Positions 1 to 8,544 of a stretch of 64,000 bases of DNA are shown in pieces. The number at the start of each line of letters is the position of its first letter. The first letter of the stretch is position 1. The DNA comes from a virus. The notes under the pieces were generated by a model. It worked only from the letters and a program-made list of their open reading frames with translations, had not been told where the DNA came from and searched no databases. The stretch covers positions 96,001-160,000 of IMG/VR virus record IMGVR_UViG_3300021961_008712. The stretch is one strand, 5' to 3'. The translations under genes were made by a program, and so were the position numbers.

Positions 1-1
1 T

Positions 2-985
2 GCTTCAGCGGACCTACTAAAAGAAGGAGACTTTGATGGTATTCGTAATATGGTAGAAAAAGCCATGAAGGCCGGAATGGATAAAAATATTGGACATGAA
101 TATAATAAAGATATTGAAACTCGCTACAGAGTTGATTACCGTCCTACTATTCCTTCCCCTTGGCCTATTCTTAATGACGGTATTCAGGGAGGTTTCGGAC
201 CTGGTGACCTGGCTATTGTTTTTGGGAACCCTGGTGGCGGTAAATCGTGGACTTGTGTTGCTATTGCTGCTCATGCTGTTGCTCTCGGGTATAAAGTTAA
301 TTACTATACGCTCGAGCTCGGAGAGGACTATGTGGGTAAGAGATTTGACTGCTACTTTACAGGGCACTCTATTGATGAAGTTAATAAACATCGCGGTCAA
401 GTCCAAACGTACATCGAAGGATTAAAGGGTAAACTCATTGTTAAAGAGTACGCTCCTAAGAATGCTACAGTTGGAACTATCAGATCCCACATACAGAAGT
501 GTATAGATATGGATCATAAGCCAGATATAGTTATTATAGATTACGTAGATTACTTAAGAGCACCTTCGAAAAGTAAATATGCAGAACGAAAAGATGAAAT
601 AGATGACGTTTTTATTGCCACTAAAGGTCTTGCTAAAGAACTTAAGATACCTATTATTACACCTTCTCAAGTTAACCGTATGGGGGCTAAAGATAATGTT
701 ATTGAAGGTGATAAGGCTGCTGGTTCTTACGATAAAATGATGGTTGCAGATATCTGTCTATCATTATCTCGTCAGAAAGAAGATAAGGTACTAGGTACCG
801 GTAGAATTCACGTTATGAAAAATAGATATGGTCAAGATGGCATGACATATAATATTAAGATGGATACTAATAACGGACATATAGAGTTCATAGATAGAGC
901 ATCTGGTGCAGAATTAGAAAACAGGTCAGATAATAATTTTACCTTTGACAGACAGACAGTTAACAAAATTTTTGAAAAAATCTAA
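2..985 (+). CDS. DnaB/T4 gp41-like replicative helicase, 5'-truncated by the window edge
   Basis: Frame is open from nt 2. Walker A GNPGGGKS, TLE, IIDYVD, SQVNR and KNRYG helicase motifs. Confidence 0.92.
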   Translation, partial: ASADLLKEGDFDGIRNMVEKAMKAGMDKNIGHEYNKDIETRYRVDYRPTIPSPWPILNDGIQGGFGPGDLAIVFGNPGGGKSWTCVAIAAHAVALGYKVNYYTLELGEDYVGKRFDCYFTGHSIDEVNKHRGQVQTYIEGLKGKLIVKEYAPKNATVGTIRSHIQKCIDMDHKPDIVIIDYVDYLRAPSKSKYAERKDEIDDVFIATKGLAKELKIPIITPSQVNRMGAKDNVIEGDKAAGSYDKMMVADICLSLSRQKEDKVLGTGRIHVMKNRYGQDGMTYNIKMDTNNGHIEFIDRASGAELENRSDNNFTFDRQTVNKIFEKI

Positions 986-1031
986 GTAAAAATCGGGACG
1001 AAACTAGAATATATATTATATTTATATTCAC

Positions 1032-1062
1032 GTCCCCGAGGTCACACCAAGGGGACATTTTT
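1032..1062 (+). terminator. GC-rich hairpin with T-run in the nrdB leader (terminator or attenuator)
   Basis: GTCCCC(1032-1037)...GGGGAC(1051-1056) followed by ATTTTT. Confidence 0.5.
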
Positions 1063-1093
1063 GTCTTATCAACCACCAAATATATAAAGATAT

Positions 1094-2071
1094 ATGAGTT
1101 TATTAGAAGAACGGATTGTTTATAAGCCCTTTGAATACCCTAAAGCATACGATTACTGGTTGAAACAACAACAAGCGCATTGGCTTCACACAGAAGTACC
1201 TATGGCTCAAGATGTTACTGATTGGAAGGGTAATTTAAAAGATCACGAAAAAAATGTAGTGGGAGGAATCTTAAAAGGATTTGCTCAAACAGAAACTATC
1301 GTTAACGATTACTGGTCTACCCTTGTAACTAAGTGGTTTAGAAAACCAGAAATTATTATGATGGGAACTACTTTAGGTTCTTCTGAAACAATTCATGCCG
1401 AAGCGTATTCTTTACTTAATGAGCAGTTAGGTTTAGACAACTTTGCTGAGTTCTTAGAAGATGAGACTACAATGGCAAAGATTGAATCGTTGATGAATGT
1501 TAGAGACGGACATGACGGCACTCCTAACTGGCATGATAGAGCTAAATCTCTTGCAATTTTTTCTGCGTTTACAGAAGGAGTAAATTTATTCTCTTCTTTT
1601 GCAGTTCTTTTATCATTTAAGATGAGAAACATGCTAAAAGGAGTTGGCCAGATTGTAGAATGGTCTGTAAGAGACGAATCTTTACATTCAGAGGCCGGTT
1701 GTTGGTTATTTAGAACCTTAATGCAAGAACATCCTGAGTTTAAAACACCAGAATTAATTGCAGATATTGAAGAAGCAGCTAAAAATGCTTTACAGCTTGA
1801 ATTTGACTTTATTGATAAAGTATTTGAAATGGGTGATCTAGAAAACTTAAGTAAGGATGAGCTCAAAAACTTTATTAAACATAGAGTCAACACTAAGATG
1901 AGTGATTTAGGTTTAAAACCTATTATCCCAGCATCTGAAATCGATAAAGGTGCGTTAAAAACTATGAAATGGTTTGATGCAGTGATTGCAGGTAAACAGC
2001 AAACAGATTTCTTTGCAAACAGAGTGACTAACTATGCAAAAGGTCATATGGACTGGTCTAAGGCGTTTTAA
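1094..2071 (+). CDS. nrdB: ribonucleotide reductase class I beta subunit
   Basis: ETIHAEAY (radical Tyr), EGVNLFSSF, RDESLH, DFFANRVTNY. Confidence 0.97.
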   Translation: MSLLEERIVYKPFEYPKAYDYWLKQQQAHWLHTEVPMAQDVTDWKGNLKDHEKNVVGGILKGFAQTETIVNDYWSTLVTKWFRKPEIIMMGTTLGSSETIHAEAYSLLNEQLGLDNFAEFLEDETTMAKIESLMNVRDGHDGTPNWHDRAKSLAIFSAFTEGVNLFSSFAVLLSFKMRNMLKGVGQIVEWSVRDESLHSEAGCWLFRTLMQEHPEFKTPELIADIEEAAKNALQLEFDFIDKVFEMGDLENLSKDELKNFIKHRVNTKMSDLGLKPIIPASEIDKGALKTMKWFDAVIAGKQQTDFFANRVTNYAKGHMDWSKAF

Positions 2072-2080
2072 TTTTAATTT

Positions 2081-3796
2081 ATGACATTAATGGTAGATAC
2101 CTCAACTTGGGAGGCAGGAAAAGATTATCCAGAATGGATGAACGAAGTTTCATTAGCAACTATCTCTAAAGGATATTTGTTACCTGGAGAAACTCCCCGT
2201 ACAGCATACAGACGTGTAGCAGAAACAGTAGCAAAAAGACTTGATCGACCTGACCTAGCTAATAAATTTTGGCGTTATATGTGGAAGGGTTGGTTGAACT
2301 TAGCCTCACCCGTTTTATCAAACACCGGTACAGATAAAGGATTACCTATCTCTTGTTTCGGTATTGATACTCCTGATTCTATTAGAGGAATTGGCCTTAC
2401 TAACGCTGAGTTAATGAGGCTAACTTCCTTAGGAGGTGGTGTAGGTATTGGACTTTCCAAAATTAGAGGAAGAGGGCAGAAAATTGGCAATGGAGATATT
2501 GGTCAATCTGAAGGAGTAATTCCTTGGGCTAAGATATACGACTCTACTATTATTGCAACTAACCAAGGCGCAGTTCGTAGAGGAGCAGCATCTGTTAACC
2601 TTGATATAGAACACCCAGATATTGAGGAATTCTTACAAATCAGAAGACCTAAAGGAGATCCTAACAGACAGTGTCTCAATCTACACCAATGTGTTACAAT
2701 TGGAGATGACTTTATGCGTAGGTTAGAAATGAGAGACCCTGATGCAATGCAGTTATGGGTAGAAATACTTAAATCTAGAGTAGAGACAGGTGAACCGTAT
2801 ATTATGTATAAGGACACTGTTAATAACGCTAATCCACCTGCATATAAAAGAAATAACCTAGAAGTATCTATGACAAATATCTGTTCTGAGATTACCCTCT
2901 TTACAGATGAAGAACACTCATTTATTTGCTGCTTATCCTCAGTCAACTTAACGAAATGGCATGAATGGAAAAATACAGATCTCATTGAGACAGCGATTTA
3001 TTTTCTTGACGGAGTATTAGAAGAATTTTTAGCTAAAACATCCGGTAGAGATTCGCTAATTAGAGCTCATAGATCTGCTAAAAAAGGAAGAGCGATTGGA
3101 TTAGGTGTTTTAGGATGGCATACATTCCTGCAGAATGAAAGAATACCTTTTACTTCTATTGCTGCTACTTCCTATACTCATCAGATATTTTCTGACATTA
3201 AAAATAAAGCAGAAGCTGCTTCTAGAAAATTAGCAGAAGAATACGGAGAACCAGTATGGTGCAAAGGAACTGGTATGAGAAACTCACATTTGATTGCAGT
3301 TGCTCCTACCGTTACTAACAGTACGATTGCCGGAGGAGTATCAGCTGGTATAGAACCGCTACCCGCAAACGTCTGGACGTTTAATTCCGCTAAAGGTACG
3401 TTTATTCGTAAGAATGAAGCATTAGTTAATTACCTAGAAGAAAGAGGAGCAAATACTGAAGAGGTATGGGATCAGATTATGAAGGATAGAGGATCTATTG
3501 CTAATTTACCCGAAGATGTTATGCCAGCAGAAGATAAACCCATCTTTTTAACATTTGCAGAAATTAATCAACTAGAATTAGTAAAGCAAGCTGGTATTAG
3601 ACAGCAGTATATTGATCAAACTCAATCATTAAACTTGGCTTTTGATCCAACAGATAGTCCTAAGTTTATTAACGAGGTACATCAAGCAGCTTGGAGAGAA
3701 GGAGTAAAGACTCTATATTATTTAAGAACAGATTCTGTAATTAATGGAGATATAGGTAGTAGAACATCTACTGATTGCTTAAGTTGTGATGGATAA
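2081..3796 (+). CDS. nrdA: ribonucleotide reductase class I alpha subunit, no ATP cone
   Basis: PISCF, TNICSEI, APT, KTLYY and C-terminal CLSCDG. Confidence 0.97.
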   Translation: MTLMVDTSTWEAGKDYPEWMNEVSLATISKGYLLPGETPRTAYRRVAETVAKRLDRPDLANKFWRYMWKGWLNLASPVLSNTGTDKGLPISCFGIDTPDSIRGIGLTNAELMRLTSLGGGVGIGLSKIRGRGQKIGNGDIGQSEGVIPWAKIYDSTIIATNQGAVRRGAASVNLDIEHPDIEEFLQIRRPKGDPNRQCLNLHQCVTIGDDFMRRLEMRDPDAMQLWVEILKSRVETGEPYIMYKDTVNNANPPAYKRNNLEVSMTNICSEITLFTDEEHSFICCLSSVNLTKWHEWKNTDLIETAIYFLDGVLEEFLAKTSGRDSLIRAHRSAKKGRAIGLGVLGWHTFLQNERIPFTSIAATSYTHQIFSDIKNKAEAASRKLAEEYGEPVWCKGTGMRNSHLIAVAPTVTNSTIAGGVSAGIEPLPANVWTFNSAKGTFIRKNEALVNYLEERGANTEEVWDQIMKDRGSIANLPEDVMPAEDKPIFLTFAEINQLELVKQAGIRQQYIDQTQSLNLAFDPTDSPKFINEVHQAAWREGVKTLYYLRTDSVINGDIGSRTSTDCLSCDG

Positions 3797-3809
3797 CTAT
3801 TTATTATAA

Positions 3810-4331
3810 ATGAAAACAGTTAGAATTAAAAATACCGTCAATTCAGCAGACATGGTTACTCTGCAGATATACCATAGTAGCATTACAGGTAGTAATCTAC
3901 TAACTAGTAGTGTGTCTCAAAGCGGGGTATTTACTGGACAGGATTTATTTAATGGACTGGAGTTTCAAGTAGAAGACAGTATTGATCAATTTTTTGTTAA
4001 GAATCTAACCAGATGTACTAATGTTGGTTCAGGATCACTTTCTGAAAATAGTAATTATGTAGCATATTACACTGTAGACCCAGGTTCTAACGCATCAGTA
4101 CAAATTACAGGAGAAGATTCTAGAACTAGGTCAAGTATTTCTACTACCAGACATAATTTTAGCCTTTATCCTACTCTTACTTTAGAAAGTTTACCAACCT
4201 ACCCGTATGAGTTCGCCGGTTGGTATAATAATTCTAGCTACACTGGAACAAGATTATCCAATTCTAACCCAGTTTCTATCACTTCAGGAAGTTTTAGCGG
4301 GGAAACAAACTGGTATGCAAAAATAGAATAA
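3810..4331 (+). CDS. hypothetical Ser/Thr-rich protein with C-terminal InlB-B-like repeat, possibly virion-associated
   Basis: YEFAGWY...WYAK motif; preceded by a TATTTAT motif. Confidence 0.55.
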   Translation: MKTVRIKNTVNSADMVTLQIYHSSITGSNLLTSSVSQSGVFTGQDLFNGLEFQVEDSIDQFFVKNLTRCTNVGSGSLSENSNYVAYYTVDPGSNASVQITGEDSRTRSSISTTRHNFSLYPTLTLESLPTYPYEFAGWYNNSSYTGTRLSNSNPVSITSGSFSGETNWYAKIE

Positions 4332-4334
4332 TAG

Positions 4335-4364
4335 TTGCTATTCAGTAAATAAATTCGTATATTA
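4335..4364 (+). promoter_or_regulatory. Bacteroidota sigma70-type promoter TTG-N20-TATATTA (representative of ~18 copies)
   Basis: The same motif, mostly with a 20-nt spacer, recurs at 10271, 12795, 15438, 18382, 21231, 25008, 29969, 33349, 33867, 41176, 43684, 49475, 52045, 56058, 60790 and 63303 (TAG variant at 43020). It resembles the -33 TTG / -7 TAnnTTTG consensus. Confidence 0.85.
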
Positions 4365-4384
4365 TTAATTAATAATACAGTTAT

Positions 4385-4552
4385 ATGTCAAAAAATTCAG
4401 CTAAACAAAATGTAGAGCAATTAAAAGACTGGTTAGCATGGAGAAAAGCTACCACCAATACTAGCTCTAAATCTACTACTAATTCTGTTAGATTTTCTAA
4501 GGCAGATCATTACAACAAAACAAGAGAAAGATATGGCAACAAAAGCAATTAA
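4385..4552 (+). CDS. small hypothetical protein (55 aa, not in ORF track)
   Basis: ATG right after the promoter; MSKNSAKQNVEQLKDWLAW...; overlaps the thioredoxin start. Confidence 0.6.
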   Translation: MSKNSAKQNVEQLKDWLAWRKATTNTSSKSTTNSVRFSKADHYNKTRERYGNKSN

Positions 4553-4799
4553 GTTTTATGCAGAATGGTGTCAACCATGTAGAAACTACGCTCCTATGTG
4601 GAATAGAGTTACTGAAGAGCTTGCAGATAAAGATATTCGATTTTTAAATGTAGATATCGATAAAGATCATGCTGGATTGGCAGCTAAATATAAAGTGATG
4701 AGCATACCTACTACTATTGTAGTAAAAGAAGATGGAACTGAAAAAAGAAAAACAGGATCACTATCAGAACTAGAACTTAAAGAATTAATCTTATTTTAA
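4533..4799 (+). CDS. trxA: thioredoxin
   Basis: WCQPC active site, SIPT cis-Pro motif; near the RNR genes. Confidence 0.93.
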   Translation: MATKAIKFYAEWCQPCRNYAPMWNRVTEELADKDIRFLNVDIDKDHAGLAAKYKVMSIPTTIVVKEDGTEKRKTGSLSELELKELILF

Positions 4800-4800
4800 T

Positions 4801-5112
4801 ATGTTACGAAAACCAAACTCAATTCCTGCAAAGGATGTTATTATTAAAGATCCGGCAATGGAACCGTTTTTTATCTCTAGATCTCAAACCGGAGGTTATA
4901 CTGTATTTGAAAATGTTATTAAAGGAGAAAATAATACTGAATATATTAAAACAGTATGTTATCCTTCTAACTTTTCTAATGCATTGAAAGCTGTAGCAAG
5001 AGAGCTACTCAACTACAGTACAGGAAAAGAACAGACAGAGTATACTTTAAAAGAGTATGCAACTAGATGGGAAGAGGTAAATAACTCTATAGCATCTATT
5101 TTTGAACAATAG
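4801..5112 (+). CDS. hypothetical protein
   Basis: Tightly packed ORF. Confidence 0.7.
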   Translation: MLRKPNSIPAKDVIIKDPAMEPFFISRSQTGGYTVFENVIKGENNTEYIKTVCYPSNFSNALKAVARELLNYSTGKEQTEYTLKEYATRWEEVNNSIASIFEQ

Positions 5113-5142
5113 CGTCAGCCTATACGCTTAATAATACCTGGC
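5111..5142 (+). ncRNA. candidate H-type pseudoknot cis-regulatory RNA in the queC leader
   Basis: Stem AGCGT/ACGCT, loop CAGCCTAT, A-rich linker, then CTGGC able to pair with loop GCC or CAG. Confidence 0.45.
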
Positions 5143-5163
5143 AAATATTTAAATTATAAAATT

Positions 5164-5973
5164 ATGGCAAAAAATGTTGTTGTAAGTCTTTCTGGAGGGA
5201 TGGACTCCTCTACTTTACTACTTAGATGTTTATCTGAGTACGACAATGTAACAGCTTTATCTTTTGATTACGGTCAAAAGCATAGAGTAGAACTTGAAAG
5301 AGCTCAATCTTTAGTAGATTATCTAAATGATAATGTCTATTTTAGAAACGGTGATCAGATTAAGTATCAGGTTATTAAATTAGACGGGTTAGTAAATCTT
5401 CTTAACTCTGCTTTAGTAACCGGAGGTGCTGATGTACCAGAAGGACATTATGAGCAAGATAATATGAAAGCTACAGTAGTACCTAACAGAAACAAAATAT
5501 TTGCTTCTTTAGTTCAAGCAGTTGCTTTATCAGCAGCTAATGCTAATGGAAACAATACAGATATTGCATTAGGTATTCATGCTGGTGATCATGCTATCTA
5601 CCCTGACTGCCGTCAAGAGTTTAGAGATGCAGATGATGCTGCTTTTAGAATAGGTAACTGGGATGCTGAAAAGGTAGGTTACTTTACACCTTATTTAGAA
5701 ACTGATAAGTTTGGTATTCTACAAGATGGTGAAAAATTATGTAAGGATTTACAAATAGAATTCGATGAAGTTTACAAACGTACGAATACTTCTTACAAAC
5801 CTTACCCTTCAGGTAACTCGGATTATAAATCTGCTTCTTCCGTAGAACGTATTGAAGCGTTCATTAAGTTAGGTAGAAAAGATCCAGTTCAGTATGAAGA
5901 TGAGACAGGACCTGTGTCTTGGGAAGTAGCTAAGGCTGCAGTTGAAAAGGTATTAACCGATTACGTAGCTTAA
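5164..5973 (+). CDS. queC: 7-cyano-7-deazaguanine (preQ0) synthase
   Basis: SLSGGMDS, FDYGQKH, VPNRN, YPDCR. Confidence 0.95.
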   Translation: MAKNVVVSLSGGMDSSTLLLRCLSEYDNVTALSFDYGQKHRVELERAQSLVDYLNDNVYFRNGDQIKYQVIKLDGLVNLLNSALVTGGADVPEGHYEQDNMKATVVPNRNKIFASLVQAVALSAANANGNNTDIALGIHAGDHAIYPDCRQEFRDADDAAFRIGNWDAEKVGYFTPYLETDKFGILQDGEKLCKDLQIEFDEVYKRTNTSYKPYPSGNSDYKSASSVERIEAFIKLGRKDPVQYEDETGPVSWEVAKAAVEKVLTDYVA

Positions 5974-5979
5974 ATTATA

Positions 5980-6049
5980 GATCCAATTAGGTTGTGCATG
6001 CAATTAGCTCCTCAACCTCTTGCACTTGCAGATGTAAAGTGATTGGATC
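5980..6049 (+). ncRNA. candidate structured RNA (three-way junction with kissing loops)
   Basis: 10-bp closing stem GATCCAATTA/TGATTGGATC; two internal hairpins whose loops TGCAA and TTGCA are complementary. Confidence 0.5.
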
Positions 6050-6053
6050 AAAC

Positions 6054-6127
6054 GCCTCCGTAGCTCAGTTGGCTAGAGCAGCTGATTTGTAATCAGCAGG
6101 TCGTGGGTTCGAATCCCTCTGGAGGCT
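6054..6127 (+). tRNA. tRNA-Thr (TGT)
   Basis: Acceptor GCCTCCG/TGGAGGC, D arm GCTC/GAGC, anticodon arm GCTGA-TTTGTAA-TCAGC, T loop TTCGAAT. CCA is not encoded. Confidence 0.96.
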
Positions 6128-6142
6128 CAAAGAGTAAAATAT

Positions 6143-6736
6143 ATGGGAGTCTATATTGTTGCATTACCGAGAACAGGGTCCACCATGCTCACCAAAGCTT
6201 TTGGTGCACAGCACGGGTGGAAGATTTACGCTGAACCTTGGAATCCATCATCTTTTGAATCCTATAATACTTTTAGCTTAAAAGAGGTACATAAAGACAG
6301 TCCTATTGTAGTGAAAACAATGATTGATGCTGTACCAGAATCTCATAAAGGTCCTGCTTATACCTTTCATGTTGAGATGGCTAAATACTTTGATAAGGTA
6401 ATACTTCTAGATAGATTTAATACACAACTACAAATAGAGAGTCTGCTATATGCTAAAAAGACAGATGAATGGCATAAAAAATATACTGTTAAAACCCAAT
6501 CTGTAGAAGAACTGCAAGGACTGAGAAGTTATGTTGAAAAACAAAAAGCACAACTAGAATGTTTATCTGTTGAATTAAATAATAATATTATATACTACGA
6601 GGATTTGTACTCTGGAGACTCTAGTACTAAAGACTCAATATTAGAAAGTTGGGGTCTGGTTAGTCAGAAAGCAAGACCATTTTTTGACCCTAAGTATAAA
6701 TATAGACAACGTAATACCGAGCAGATACTGTTATGA
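6143..6736 (+). CDS. sulfotransferase-like P-loop protein
   Basis: 5'-PSB-like motif ALPRTGSTML, EPWN, YYEDL. Confidence 0.7.
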   Translation: MGVYIVALPRTGSTMLTKAFGAQHGWKIYAEPWNPSSFESYNTFSLKEVHKDSPIVVKTMIDAVPESHKGPAYTFHVEMAKYFDKVILLDRFNTQLQIESLLYAKKTDEWHKKYTVKTQSVEELQGLRSYVEKQKAQLECLSVELNNNIIYYEDLYSGDSSTKDSILESWGLVSQKARPFFDPKYKYRQRNTEQILL

Positions 6737-8391
6737 TACAATTAGGAATTTCAGCTTTTTACCATGATGCCGCAGCATGTATTGTTATAGACGGAAAGGT
6801 AGTAGCAGCAGCCGAAGAAGAAAGATTTACAGAAATAAAACACGACTTATCTTTTCCAATAAATGCAATTAATTATTGCTTGAAAGAAGCGGGAATATCT
6901 ATCAATGATGTACGTCAAGTATGTTGGTATGAAATCCCAGCAGTAAAAAAACATAGAGTTTTAAGTATATTTAAAAAAAGATGGATAAGGACTCTCTTTA
7001 CTAAAAGAAAATTTCTTAAAGAATTCGAAAACAATAATCCAGAAAAACTTCTAAAAGAAATAGGGTACGAAGGAGAAATATCGTATATTGCTCACCATTT
7101 AAGCCACGCTGCATTTTCTTATTTTACCAGCCCTTACTCAGAATCAGATATTCTAGTAATTGACGGAGTAGGAGAATGGGATACAGTAAGTCTCTGGAAA
7201 GGTAAAGATAAGAAAGTAGACCTAATAGAAAGCTTCCAGTTTCCCTATTCTTTGGGTATGTTTTACTCTACGATGACTGCTTTCCTAGGATTTAAACCTA
7301 ATGAAGGTGAGTATAAAGTAATGGGATTAGCTCCTTATGGTAAACCTGCAAAGTACTACGACAAATTAAAAAGCATCTTTAATGATTCCGGTACAGAAAT
7401 CAACCAAAAATACTTTACATGGGAGTATAGCGATAAGGGAATGTTTACAGAAAAGCTAATGATGCTTTTAGAGATTGTTCCAAGAGATCCAGGAACTGAA
7501 GTAACACAAGATCATAAAGACCTAGCAGCAGCAACTCAAGCTATTTACGAATTTTACTTTTTAAAGTTTGTAGAGATGATCAAATCTGCTAGCGGTTCAG
7601 ATAATTTATGCCTAGGAGGTGGATGTGCATATAATGGAGTAGCCAACAATAAGGCTTACAAATTTTATCAAAATATTTATATCCCCTATGCTCCATCTGA
7701 TGCAGGATCTGCTATTGGTGCATGTCTCGTAAATTACCAGGGACCTAGACGTAATAATACATCTCCATACTTAGGAGAAAAAATTAATAACGATGATTTA
7801 CCTATTTTACTAGAATCTTACAAAGATAGAGTAAACTACTTAGAATTTGCAGAAGATCAACTCTGTAACAGAGTAGCAAAACTAATACTAAACGGTAAAA
7901 TAGTTGCCTGGGTACAAGATAGAATGGAATTTGGAGCTAGAGCTTTAGGTAATAGGTCAATTTTAGCATCACCTCATGATCCTAAAATGAGAGAAAAATT
8001 AAACTATGTTATTAAGAAAAGAGAAGGGTTTAGACCTTTTGCACCTTCCGTAATAGCTACCGATGTAAACAATTACTTCATTGCCAAGGATAATGTACCT
8101 TATATGAACCAAGTAGTAAAGGTTAAAAGAAATGCACAAAGTTTATTTCCTGCTGCTACACACGTAGATAATACTGCTAGAATACAATCAGTAAATATAA
8201 AAGACAATCCAAAGTACTATTTATTATTAACTGAGCTAAGAAAGCTAACTGGTCATGGAGTTGTACTAAATACCTCATACAACTTAAAAGATCAGACTAT
8301 CACTAGAACAGCTACTCAAGCAATAGAGAGGTATTTAGATAGCGATATCGATTATTTGATTTTAAACAACTATATTATTATTAAAAAATGA
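6733..8391 (+). CDS. carbamoyltransferase, NodU/CmcH family
   Basis: HDAAAC, EEERF, HHLSHA, DGVGE, EYKVMGLAPYG, EFGARALGNRS, RPFAP, LNTSYN. Confidence 0.95.
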   Translation: MIQLGISAFYHDAAACIVIDGKVVAAAEEERFTEIKHDLSFPINAINYCLKEAGISINDVRQVCWYEIPAVKKHRVLSIFKKRWIRTLFTKRKFLKEFENNNPEKLLKEIGYEGEISYIAHHLSHAAFSYFTSPYSESDILVIDGVGEWDTVSLWKGKDKKVDLIESFQFPYSLGMFYSTMTAFLGFKPNEGEYKVMGLAPYGKPAKYYDKLKSIFNDSGTEINQKYFTWEYSDKGMFTEKLMMLLEIVPRDPGTEVTQDHKDLAAATQAIYEFYFLKFVEMIKSASGSDNLCLGGGCAYNGVANNKAYKFYQNIYIPYAPSDAGSAIGACLVNYQGPRRNNTSPYLGEKINNDDLPILLESYKDRVNYLEFAEDQLCNRVAKLILNGKIVAWVQDRMEFGARALGNRSILASPHDPKMREKLNYVIKKREGFRPFAPSVIATDVNNYFIAKDNVPYMNQVVKVKRNAQSLFPAATHVDNTARIQSVNIKDNPKYYLLLTELRKLTGHGVVLNTSYNLKDQTITRTATQAIERYLDSDIDYLILNNYIIIKK

Positions 8392-8504
8392 AATTAATTA
8401 AATTTATCAAAAATCTTATATTTAAGTGGAAGCAAAACAGAAAATATAAGAAAAAGCTTAAAGAATTGAAAAAAAGAGATCCTTTTATTTACAAAAACTT
8501 CTAG
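8388..8504 (+). CDS. small basic protein ending DPFIYKNF (DUF5989-like, not in ORF track)
   Basis: ATGA overlap with the carbamoyltransferase; PFIY tail resembles small carbamoyltransferase-associated proteins. Confidence 0.55.
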   Translation: MKLIKFIKNLIFKWKQNRKYKKKLKELKKRDPFIYKNF

Positions 8505-8519
8505 CTAGTTATACCTACC

Positions 8520-8528
8520 CTATTTATA
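8520..8528 (+). promoter_or_regulatory. second promoter-like motif (C)TATTTAT(A/T), probably phage late class (representative of 11 copies)
   Basis: Intergenic copies at about 1019, 3798, 8521, 24496, 31735, 34554, 39945, 44696, 48873, 59952 and 61826, each upstream of a gene start. Confidence 0.7.
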
Positions 8529-8544
8529 TAATATCAGTAGCAAC

